IMG/VR virus record: IMGVR_UViG_3300031519_004379
Span: 1-53,472 of that record
Strand: one strand, 5' to 3'
DNA: 53,472 nt
Source of the DNA: a virus
Taxonomy: Duplodnaviria; Caudoviricetes
Part shown: in pieces, positions 9,135-16,929 of the stretch
How positions within the stretch are numbered: position 1 is the first letter of the stretch
How the letters are laid out: every line of letters begins with the position of its first letter
Made by a program: the position numbers and the translations under genes
The notes under the pieces: model-generated
Told to the model about the DNA's origin: nothing
Databases searched by the model: none
The model's input: only the letters and a program-made list of their open reading frames with translations

Positions 9135-10094
9135 TTAATAGCCGTTTGGAACTAGAACATAGTGGATCATTAAAACGATGCCCAATGATGCTGCTAGACC
9201 AACCATCATTTTCAAGAAGTCTTTACCAATCAATGGGAACACTGTCTTGAACTTTGCCTTGCCTGTGTAACTAGCCATCGCCAATTCACGACCACATAGC
9301 AAACCTACGAATACCCAAGTTGTACTCATTGGAATGTCATTCAACTCTTTAAAGAAGAATAGTATTGCCCAGTACACAAGGTCAATGATCGTGGCTGATC
9401 GAACGTAGCGAGTATTGTGTTTCTCTACCACGATTTGTTGAATTTTACCCCCACCTTCGCGAAACATAAAACCAAGGCCAATTACGAACACTGCCGTAAT
9501 CATAAGCATTAGTGGCACATCTAGCTCTCTTGGAAGAAACACGGCAATATTAGCCATGTCATGCGATAACCAAGTGAACCACAGGAAGCCCGTAGTGACC
9601 CACTGAGCAACGCGCCAGTAAGTCTTATGCTTTTCTTTAACAGGCTTCGCTTCGTCCAGCAGACGGCTTACCACGAGCCAGATGACGTATGCTGCTACCG
9701 CTGCCACTGCGTAACCCATCATAGACTTCATCAACATCTTTTCAAGCACGAATGTACTTGCGAAAGCTGATAGAACTAGGAATGAGGTCGATACAGGGAC
9801 GCCAAAGCGTGTGAGACCCAACAAGACTGCTGGGGCCAATGCATGATACCATTTTACTTCTTGAAACGGAATTTTATTCAAACGGCCATAACTAATGTCA
9901 CCGCCATTCATGTACCATCCATACCATAGGGTGTAGATTAGGACAGCAGATGCAGCGAACCACATTGTTTTCCAATTAAACTTTTCGTTGTTTGATGCGA
10001 TCCATGTACCTAGTGTTTGTACTGAATCGTTTGCTATTACAGCATAGGCGGCGAATACAAATCCTACCACCATCCATAGCGTTAGTGCGTCCAT
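9135..10094 (-). CDS. Multi-pass membrane transporter, PiT/PHO4-like
   Basis: About 9 TM segments; IANDSVQTLG, PVSTS, SHDMAN, PMSTT match the duplicated PiT signature. Confidence 0.6.
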   Translation of the reverse strand: MDALTLWMVVGFVFAAYAVIANDSVQTLGTWIASNNEKFNWKTMWFAASAVLIYTLWYGWYMNGGDISYGRLNKIPFQEVKWYHALAPAVLLGLTRFGVPVSTSFLVLSAFASTFVLEKMLMKSMMGYAVAAVAAYVIWLVVSRLLDEAKPVKEKHKTYWRVAQWVTTGFLWFTWLSHDMANIAVFLPRELDVPLMLMITAVFVIGLGFMFREGGGKIQQIVVEKHNTRYVRSATIIDLVYWAILFFFKELNDIPMSTTWVFVGLLCGRELAMASYTGKAKFKTVFPLIGKDFLKMMVGLAASLGIVLMIHYVLVPNGY

Positions 10095-10172
10095 TTTTTT
10101 CTCCTTTTGCTTGACGGCTTTACCCCGTCGCTCACATTGGAAGGAACCAGAATAGTCCCTTCGAACCTTTAT

Positions 10173-10793
10173 TTAGTCCCACAAATTTTCAAAATATTTT
10201 CCAAACAGTTTAAATCCGTTTGTCATACGTTTTTGATGTGCTTCTTTGGCTGTACGGTCTTCCCATGCAAGCTTCACCCCAAATTGTTCTTCAGGGGCTT
10301 CATCATACTGGTAGTAATCGCTTTCCCAATCATCACGGCACTTTTGTTCAAATGCCCAGATCATTTCGTCTAGAACCCAATCCCAACGAAGAAAGTGATT
10401 AGCGTCTGTGTCCCACTCATTTTCTTTTGGAGGAGCAGATGTTGATTTGAGTTCTTTAGGCACATCAACATCGTCTACAATAGGAGCGCCGTGTTTAGTA
10501 GCATTTAACTGTACTAGCATAGGCAGGATGACAGGAGCAAGTGTATGATCCATACTCCAAGTATCCCAACGATCAATGTGTACTTTAACTTTCTGTGTGC
10601 GCCTATCATACCACAACCAGTTAAATACGTTGTAAACCTTTTGCACACCTTCATCAATGGTTTCCCATACATAGTCTTCGTATTCTTGTGGCTCAGGCCA
10701 ATTTACATAATCCTTACCATATTTCTTATTCATATGGTTGCTGTGAATATTGCATATCAACCTGTTTGGATAATTTCCAATTTTTACTTTCAT
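10173..10793 (-). CDS. Conserved hypothetical phage protein
   Basis: 206 aa; WDTWSMDHTLA, RWDWVLDEMIWAF, LFGKYFENLWD. Confidence 0.8.
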   Translation of the reverse strand: MKVKIGNYPNRLICNIHSNHMNKKYGKDYVNWPEPQEYEDYVWETIDEGVQKVYNVFNWLWYDRRTQKVKVHIDRWDTWSMDHTLAPVILPMLVQLNATKHGAPIVDDVDVPKELKSTSAPPKENEWDTDANHFLRWDWVLDEMIWAFEQKCRDDWESDYYQYDEAPEEQFGVKLAWEDRTAKEAHQKRMTNGFKLFGKYFENLWD

Positions 10794-10981
10794 TTGTTCT
10801 TCTCCAGAGATTCCATCGTATAGAACTTGTCTAATGTGCCTTCATGGATTTTGTGGTTGTTTTTTGAACCAATCTTCTGCGTGTTCCAGTGTCTATTTCC
10901 AGACGCTCTGTTTACCAATACGATGACTGAGGTGGATAATTTTGACTTTAGCCTCATTCCCTTTCGATAACTTTTAATCAT
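10790..10981 (-). CDS. Small hypothetical protein
   Basis: ORF with ATGA overlaps on both sides. Confidence 0.6.
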   Translation of the reverse strand: MIKSYRKGMRLKSKLSTSVIVLVNRASGNRHWNTQKIGSKNNHKIHEGTLDKFYTMESLEKNK

Positions 10982-11005
10982 TTGTTCTTCTCCAGAGATT
11001 CCATC
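10790..11005. repeat. 28-bp perfect direct repeat (10790-10817 and 10978-11005)
   Basis: tcatttgttcttctccagagattccatc occurs twice; both genes end MESLEKNK. Confidence 0.9.
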
Positions 11006-11295
11006 ATAAGTTCTAAGCTGTGTTTAGCTTGTTCAATACGACTACGTAACCTCTCCTCATTCTCAGCCACGTTTTTCTCCCAATCCGCAACTGCCCTCTC
11101 TCTTTTACTGAATTCATTCAGCTTGGCGTAATAGGCGTTCTCTGAGGTCTTATAAATCTTGCGTATCTTTTCAATAGTCTCGCAAGCCTCCTTCAGCATC
11201 TTAGCTTCTTTGACCTTGCCCCTTTCTACAAGCCATGTGCCATCTTCCGCTACATAGTGCTGACGGATACGGGCCTCAATTAGTTTGTCACTCAT
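10978..11295 (-). CDS. Hypothetical coiled-coil protein
   Basis: 105 aa ORF, ATGA-coupled. Confidence 0.6.
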   Translation of the reverse strand: MSDKLIEARIRQHYVAEDGTWLVERGKVKEAKMLKEACETIEKIRKIYKTSENAYYAKLNEFSKRERAVADWEKNVAENEERLRSRIEQAKHSLELMMESLEKNK

Positions 11296-11864
11296 TTAAT
11301 AATCCAATCCATGTTCATCCAGTCTGTATCTTCTGGCATCATCTCAACTTTGTTGCCATGCAGTTCCTGAAGCTGATCCCAGATATGGGCATTGTTCATT
11401 CTCAGCGTGTAAGAACCTTTGCAACAACGATATCGAGACCCACTAGAACCATAGAAGTAGTAGTAGAATGCTTCGTCCTCTTCTACCTTTGTAATGCCAC
11501 TGTTCATACGCCAACTGTCGCCATCTAAGTAACCGCCAGATGTTCCAACAAGAAGGCGATAGTGAGGATCATCGCCTTTCATCTTGATAACGACCCAGTT
11601 GTCGCAGGTATATTCAAACATTTGCATCCCTAATACCAAGCTGCGTTCTTGTGCTGTTAGTTTCTTACCATTTAAGTACCAACACTTATCCCCATTAGCA
11701 TCCTCAACCGCTGGACCATCCTCACGATGGAGTTTACCATTTAAGTACCACCTCTTATCTCCATCAGCATACTCAATAGCTGGACCATCCTCACGATGGA
11801 ACTTACCGTTTAAGTACCAACACTTAGTGCCATCAGTGTCTACTTCTACTTTATATTCACTCAT
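11292..11864 (-). CDS. MORN-like repeat protein (WYLNGKLHREDGPA) fused to a conserved phage domain
   Basis: About 2.5 tandem 22-aa repeats, then MFEYTCDNWVVIK...GGYLDGDSWRMNSGI. Confidence 0.7.
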   Translation of the reverse strand: MSEYKVEVDTDGTKCWYLNGKFHREDGPAIEYADGDKRWYLNGKLHREDGPAVEDANGDKCWYLNGKKLTAQERSLVLGMQMFEYTCDNWVVIKMKGDDPHYRLLVGTSGGYLDGDSWRMNSGITKVEEDEAFYYYFYGSSGSRYRCCKGSYTLRMNNAHIWDQLQELHGNKVEMMPEDTDWMNMDWIIK

Positions 11865-12113
11865 AGTCTTTCACCCCATATCTCTCAATGTCCATCAACA
11901 TCGCTTCTAACATCCACTTGATGTCTTCTTTGTCCTCACTCTGGATGCTTAAGGGTTCTACAGTGTAGCTAGACCTGTAGTTCTTATGCACTCCATACCA
12001 GACGTTGCCATTAGGCTTCTTGTGCCGCATCAGTTGATAGTGCCAACTCATTCTGTTTCTGCTTCCCATTTAATCTTGATAACGACCCAGTTGTCGCAAG
12101 TATATTCAAACAT
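11581..12113. repeat. 41-bp direct repeat with one mismatch (11581-11621 and 12073-12113)
   Basis: atcttgataacgacccagttgtcgcaRgtatattcaaacat occurs twice. Confidence 0.9.
11857..12069 (-). CDS. Hypothetical protein
   Basis: 70 aa ORF; MSWHYQLMRH start also possible. Confidence 0.55.
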   Translation of the reverse strand: MGSRNRMSWHYQLMRHKKPNGNVWYGVHKNYRSSYTVEPLSIQSEDKEDIKWMLEAMLMDIERYGVKDYE

Positions 12114-12202
12114 AATCTAATCCTAAGTGACTAAGTATGCAACAATCGCAACTGTTACTATGAGGGTCATGATGGTTGACACCATATTGATAATAAATTG
12201 CT

Positions 12203-12424
12203 TCATTTTTCTTCTGTGACCAAAAAGTATCGGGAAAATGTTTTTTTGTCTTTCGTTTCCGATACCGCTTCAATCCTGTATCCATCATCCTTCAAAAAGC
12301 CAACGTAAGCCGCTAACCTAGTAATTCCGTACTCACTAATTGCTTCCCATGAAGTCATGCCATTTGTTGCATTTTCTAGGTGGTTTAGAACTTGTAGTTT
12401 TTGTGAAAGTTTTGGTTGTACCAT
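12203..12424 (-). CDS. Small winged helix-turn-helix protein
   Basis: SQKLQVLNHL...MTSWEAISEYGITRLAAYV..LK..GY.I; GGAG upstream of ATG 12424. Confidence 0.7.
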   Translation of the reverse strand: MVQPKLSQKLQVLNHLENATNGMTSWEAISEYGITRLAAYVGFLKDDGYRIEAVSETKDKKTFSRYFLVTEEK

Positions 12425-12497
12425 TTCTTTATCTCCATTATGGTTAATTTCCCTTCCATAATATGCCAAGTGGCATTCGTTGTCAACATTTATTTTA

Positions 12498-12719
12498 TTA
12501 TAACATATACTGCCTTATCCATTCTTTCAGTTCGTGGACGGTTTCTGCGTCTTCGAATGACTGGTCTTTATCCTCCGCTTCGGTTGTCTCACGGTCATAT
12601 GCTTCAGTAGCTTTCCGTTCAGACTCGACTGCTCCGCAGGTTGGGCAGATGCTGCTCGACATCGGGTTGGTGTGCTGTTCGCCACATTCACGGCACGGCT
12701 TGTGAGTTCTGTTGGTCAT
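12498..12719 (-). CDS. Small zinc-ribbon protein
   Basis: CRECG...CPTCG; TTGACA promoter upstream. Confidence 0.6.
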   Translation of the reverse strand: MTNRTHKPCRECGEQHTNPMSSSICPTCGAVESERKATEAYDRETTEAEDKDQSFEDAETVHELKEWIRQYML

Positions 12720-12808
12720 AGGTAATCTTCTTTCTGAGATGGCTACATTGTTTTTTGTAACTTCTGTAGTACGCTGATGATTGCTCAATGTCAACATTTA
12801 TTTTTATC

Positions 12809-12863
12809 TTGACATTGTTCTGTGGTCGTGTATAATAGGCTTATGCCTTATGATATATAAATA
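12809..12863 (+). promoter_or_regulatory. Tandem sigma70 promoter (TTGACA-N16-TATAAT) and T4 late promoter (TATAAATA 12856-12863)
   Basis: Exact consensus elements before the P450 operon. Confidence 0.7.
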
Positions 12864-12897
12864 GATTCAAACATAGTATTATTAAGGATAATAAATT

Positions 12898-13200
12898 ATG
12901 ACAACTCAAACCGTAGTTATCACACCATCAACAGAAATGTCTTCTTCTGCTAGTATTGATTATATCGCAAGTCTACTTCCAACAGCAGTTATAAATCATC
13001 TTGCAACAACTGCTGGCGTGACAAGAACAGTATCAACTTCATCCAATGGTAACACACATACAATTGTTACAACTTGGTCAGATGACACCGATAAAGAAAC
13101 GTTTAAAACATTGATGGCTGATGTGTCTTCTGGGGTCATATCTACTCTAGAAAGTGAAGGATGGGCTATCTCATTTACACCATTAACTGCTGATCTATAA
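12898..13200 (+). CDS. Thr/Ser-rich hypothetical protein, first gene of the enzyme operon
   Basis: AAGGA RBS, 100 aa. Confidence 0.7.
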   Translation: MTTQTVVITPSTEMSSSASIDYIASLLPTAVINHLATTAGVTRTVSTSSNGNTHTIVTTWSDDTDKETFKTLMADVSSGVISTLESEGWAISFTPLTADL

Positions 13201-13224
13201 CACACTCCCAATATAGGGTATATT

Positions 13225-14472
13225 ATGAGAAAAAATGACTTTGAAATTGTTAACCCCAATTTTCTATATCAAATGGACGAACACATTACCTTTTGTTTTG
13301 AAAATGAACCAAGGGGGTTCTTTTGGCATCCAATATATAAACACTGGATAATCTTCTCAATGGACAAGCTTAAAGAAGCTTCCAAAATGAATGAAGAATT
13401 TAGTTTAGCAAAAACATCACCAGCGCCTTTTGACCCAACACCATTAGGTGGTATATGGAGAGCAGGATATGCTCTTACACTTAGGGAAGGCCCACACCAC
13501 CATATTGCAAAGAAAGAAAGTTTGAATTGGGCTAAAAGACGTTCTAGCTTTATGATCGACACTTTAAAGTCGAACGTAGACAAATGGCTTGGTACTATAC
13601 AAAAAGGCAAACCGTTTATGTCATATGATGTTATTGGTAGAATTGTTACTGATACACAGATTCAAACCATCGAATTTCCTTGGGGTAAATTAGACGTAAC
13701 CGAAGATTTTGTAAAAGATGGGTTTCACGAATGGATGCGCCCCGGTGGTGTGTTCTCTAATTTCAACCCAGACTTTGACTATGATAAGCCAGTTGCTGAG
13801 ACCACAGAGTTTTACGGCATGTTTGCGCGTATTGTTGATGATGCCATTAAACATTATCACACAGAAGGTGTTGATGAAGATACGATGATTAACATGACAA
13901 AGAACCTAAGTGACAAGCAATGGGAATACAATGACAACCCCCACAGAATGGCATACATGTTCATTCAATCATTATGGACTGTCGTAATACCAACATTTGC
14001 TTTGAGTATGTACCAAAACCTTGTAATGAATCTTGCTATGTATCCAGATATAACAAAAAGAATAAAGGCAGATAGAACCCTCGTTTCAAAGTTTGCGCGG
14101 GAGAGTATGAGACTTGCCCCACTTAAAGGTGGTGTTCGTGACATTACGGAAGACTTGGATTACCATGGGTATAAGTTCGACAAGAATGGTCGTATCCTTC
14201 TGTATACATACGGTGCTAATCGTGACCCAAAATACTTCAAGAACCCATTAGAGTTTAGTTTGGAAAGAGATGACGAACCGCTTCCAGTAACTCTTGCTTA
14301 CGGGCCGCATCATTGCACTGGCGACTTCCTTGTCAAGCATTTTCTTGAGATGATTACTAATAGTTTGCTTGATAGGTTCGACAACTTTGAGATTACAAAA
14401 CAACCAGAATTGTTGCCAGCTATGTTTGGATCAACTACGGTGTATAAAGATTTGGGACTTGTTTTCTCATGA
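13225..14472 (+). CDS. Cytochrome P450
   Basis: ExxR (RESMR), GANRDP.YF.NPLEF..ER, heme-ligand loop AYGPHHCTG; 415 aa. Confidence 0.9.
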   Translation: MRKNDFEIVNPNFLYQMDEHITFCFENEPRGFFWHPIYKHWIIFSMDKLKEASKMNEEFSLAKTSPAPFDPTPLGGIWRAGYALTLREGPHHHIAKKESLNWAKRRSSFMIDTLKSNVDKWLGTIQKGKPFMSYDVIGRIVTDTQIQTIEFPWGKLDVTEDFVKDGFHEWMRPGGVFSNFNPDFDYDKPVAETTEFYGMFARIVDDAIKHYHTEGVDEDTMINMTKNLSDKQWEYNDNPHRMAYMFIQSLWTVVIPTFALSMYQNLVMNLAMYPDITKRIKADRTLVSKFARESMRLAPLKGGVRDITEDLDYHGYKFDKNGRILLYTYGANRDPKYFKNPLEFSLERDDEPLPVTLAYGPHHCTGDFLVKHFLEMITNSLLDRFDNFEITKQPELLPAMFGSTTVYKDLGLVFS

Positions 14473-14978
14473 TAGAAAATAAAGTTCTTTATGAGGTTTC
14501 TCCTGAGCTTTCTGCATTCATAGAAGAGTGCGGGAAGCTTGGGTATAAAAACAATAGTTCTTTAGATGCTATGAATTTCCAAAAAACTTTAGATGAAGGT
14601 GGTGCGTGGTTTGCAACTTATGTAGACGATAAAATTGTAGGCCTAAGTGGTGTACATAAATTTAGAGATGGTTACCGTGCATTATATAGAGGTTGTCAAC
14701 TATACTCACGATCTGGTGGGTTAAGTAAAAACCATATGAACTGTTGGATGTTTTATTATCACTTGCCAATGGCAATTTATTGTACAAATGGTCCTATATA
14801 CATTACTACTAATACGAGCAATGACGCAAGTGGTAAAATGTTGCGATTGGATAAATTATACCATATTTTAGCTAAAAAAACAATAGTAAAACATGTTAGC
14901 ACAGAAGAATTGTTTGGGGTCGAACAAAATATTTGGCTGTTACACGAAGAAAATTATATAAAGGCAAGAGGTGGTTAG
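14469..14978 (+). CDS. Hypothetical protein, possible GNAT-fold acyltransferase
   Basis: WFATYVDDKIVGLSGVH beta-hairpin is GNAT-like; ATGA-coupled. Confidence 0.45.
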   Translation: MIENKVLYEVSPELSAFIEECGKLGYKNNSSLDAMNFQKTLDEGGAWFATYVDDKIVGLSGVHKFRDGYRALYRGCQLYSRSGGLSKNHMNCWMFYYHLPMAIYCTNGPIYITTNTSNDASGKMLRLDKLYHILAKKTIVKHVSTEELFGVEQNIWLLHEENYIKARGG

Positions 14979-16170
14979 AATGATGAAGATTGCTGTATTA
15001 GGTGCTGGTAGTGCTGGTGTGCTAACCGCAGGTTGCATCCTCAAAGACTTTAGAAATAGAGGCATTGATCTTGAGCTTACTCATGTTTATGATTCAAGCA
15101 AACCAATTCTTGGTGTGGGGGAAAGCACGACATCAGAAGTAACCTTTGCTATCGGCCAAGCATTTAACTTCATTTTTGCAACTGAAGCTGCTGAGCTAAA
15201 GAGTACCACAAAATACGGTACGCACTATATCGATTGGAGAGAGAAAGACATCATCTTCCCATTTCAGTCAGGGTATCATGCTATCCACTTTGATGCAAAA
15301 GACTTTGTGAAAATGGGGTTTGAAAGACTGAATAAGATATACGAAAACTATACAACACTTGATGGTAATGTAGAATCTCTACTTCAGCATAAAGAAGATT
15401 ACACCAACGAACATGTTGCCCAACTGTTTATAGATGGAAAATATTATGAATTTGATTATGTGATTGACTGTCGTGGCAGGCCTGTTGATTTTACTGATTA
15501 TGAAGAATGTAATTTAGTTCTTAATTCTGCTTTGGTATACGATGATCCTAAACCATCTGACTTTGGATTTACTCGCCATGTTGCCCACAAATATGGTTGG
15601 ATGTTTGTGATCCCACTACAACACAGAACATCACATGGATTTCTTTATAATAATGAATTTTGTACACGCAAAGAAGCAGAAGAAGAGCTTATTCGTATCA
15701 CAGATGCAACAGACGATGACAGAGGTGGGTTTAGAACGTTTGATTTGAAACCATACTATTGTAGAAAAACTGTAGATGGTCGAGTGATTAAGAATGGCAA
15801 TCGCGCTGTGTTCTTTGAACCTATGAGTGCTAATTCTCTGTATATGGCAATCAAAAACATACAAATCTTTTCGGAATATATTAGAGGCGAAACCTCACAA
15901 GAAAGAGCGAATGAGTTGTGCATACTTAATTATCGTGCCGTCGAAGACTTGATTAACTTAATATATCACGGTGGGTCTATCTACGAAAACAAGTTTTGGG
16001 ATTGGGCAAAACAAACATCTTCTGCGCGTTTAGAGGCAACTGATGTTTTGAAAAGATACGTCGCAGGCCAAGACGATGAGATGTTCAAGACCATTACTGA
16101 AAGGTTTATGGGGCATCACGTACTTCGATATGTTGACAAAGAATTTGGGTTTGGGTATTTTCATGATTAG
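14971..16170 (+). CDS. Flavin-dependent tryptophan-halogenase-family protein
   Basis: GAGSAG, GVGEST, TTKYG, IDCRG, GWMFVIPL, FFEPMSA. Confidence 0.85.
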   Translation: MVRMMKIAVLGAGSAGVLTAGCILKDFRNRGIDLELTHVYDSSKPILGVGESTTSEVTFAIGQAFNFIFATEAAELKSTTKYGTHYIDWREKDIIFPFQSGYHAIHFDAKDFVKMGFERLNKIYENYTTLDGNVESLLQHKEDYTNEHVAQLFIDGKYYEFDYVIDCRGRPVDFTDYEECNLVLNSALVYDDPKPSDFGFTRHVAHKYGWMFVIPLQHRTSHGFLYNNEFCTRKEAEEELIRITDATDDDRGGFRTFDLKPYYCRKTVDGRVIKNGNRAVFFEPMSANSLYMAIKNIQIFSEYIRGETSQERANELCILNYRAVEDLINLIYHGGSIYENKFWDWAKQTSSARLEATDVLKRYVAGQDDEMFKTITERFMGHHVLRYVDKEFGFGYFHD

Positions 16171-16927
16171 GCAGTTTTATGATGATTATGACAACAAATA
16201 TTTCACTGATGTTATGGAGAATGGCAAGGTAATCCACACGTCAGGGTCAAGTGGCAAACCAAAGGCAATCAAGCAAACCCCAGAGAAAATATCAACAGAC
16301 GCTATCATAGCTTGTATTGTCCAGCGGATCAATCAGTCTAGTATAATATACACTTGTCTAAGCCCAGAACGTGCGGGTGGGTTGTTTGCCCAAACTATCC
16401 CTGCACTAATGGTAGGTGCAACTGTTGATCTAGTGAAGTTCAACCCATACACTTATGTGCGAAATGTATCTAAATACACACATAGCCACTTGACACCAAA
16501 ACAAGCCAAAGCCGTAATGAACACGAAAGGGTTTGATACTCTTGATCTAAATGGGCATGTCTTCTTAATTGGGTCTGAACCAGTTACTTACGATATCATA
16601 GAAACTTTTATTGAAAGAGGGGCGGAAGTCATACTGATATGGGGTATGAGTGAAATCGGTCCTAACACTATTATGCATAGACTTGTAAATATGGCTGAGG
16701 TAGCGAAAGTCAAAGCAATAACACCTTCTGGATCAGTTTTGCTTGGGAACATTATCAACTGCGATGTAAAAATTATGGATAATAATTGCTTGTGGGTTAA
16801 AGGTGAGACGTGTGTTTACGACGATTGGTTCAATACAAAAGATCAGGTAAAGATGGTGGACGGAATATTATTTTACACAGGTAGAGATGGCACTCCTGTA
16901 GATTTTAACAAACCTCGTAAAGGGTAA
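16163..16927 (+). CDS. Compact AMP-binding (ANL-family) adenylation enzyme
   Basis: HTSGSSGKPK, WGMSE, WFNTKD, FYTGR motifs; N- and C-terminal portions reduced. Confidence 0.75.
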   Translation: MIRQFYDDYDNKYFTDVMENGKVIHTSGSSGKPKAIKQTPEKISTDAIIACIVQRINQSSIIYTCLSPERAGGLFAQTIPALMVGATVDLVKFNPYTYVRNVSKYTHSHLTPKQAKAVMNTKGFDTLDLNGHVFLIGSEPVTYDIIETFIERGAEVILIWGMSEIGPNTIMHRLVNMAEVAKVKAITPSGSVLLGNIINCDVKIMDNNCLWVKGETCVYDDWFNTKDQVKMVDGILFYTGRDGTPVDFNKPRKG

Positions 16928-16929
16928 AT

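Noticed and set aside
11660-11830. 66-bp tandem repeats as a possible CRISPR array
   Set aside because: In-frame protein repeats with no unique spacers; no cas genes
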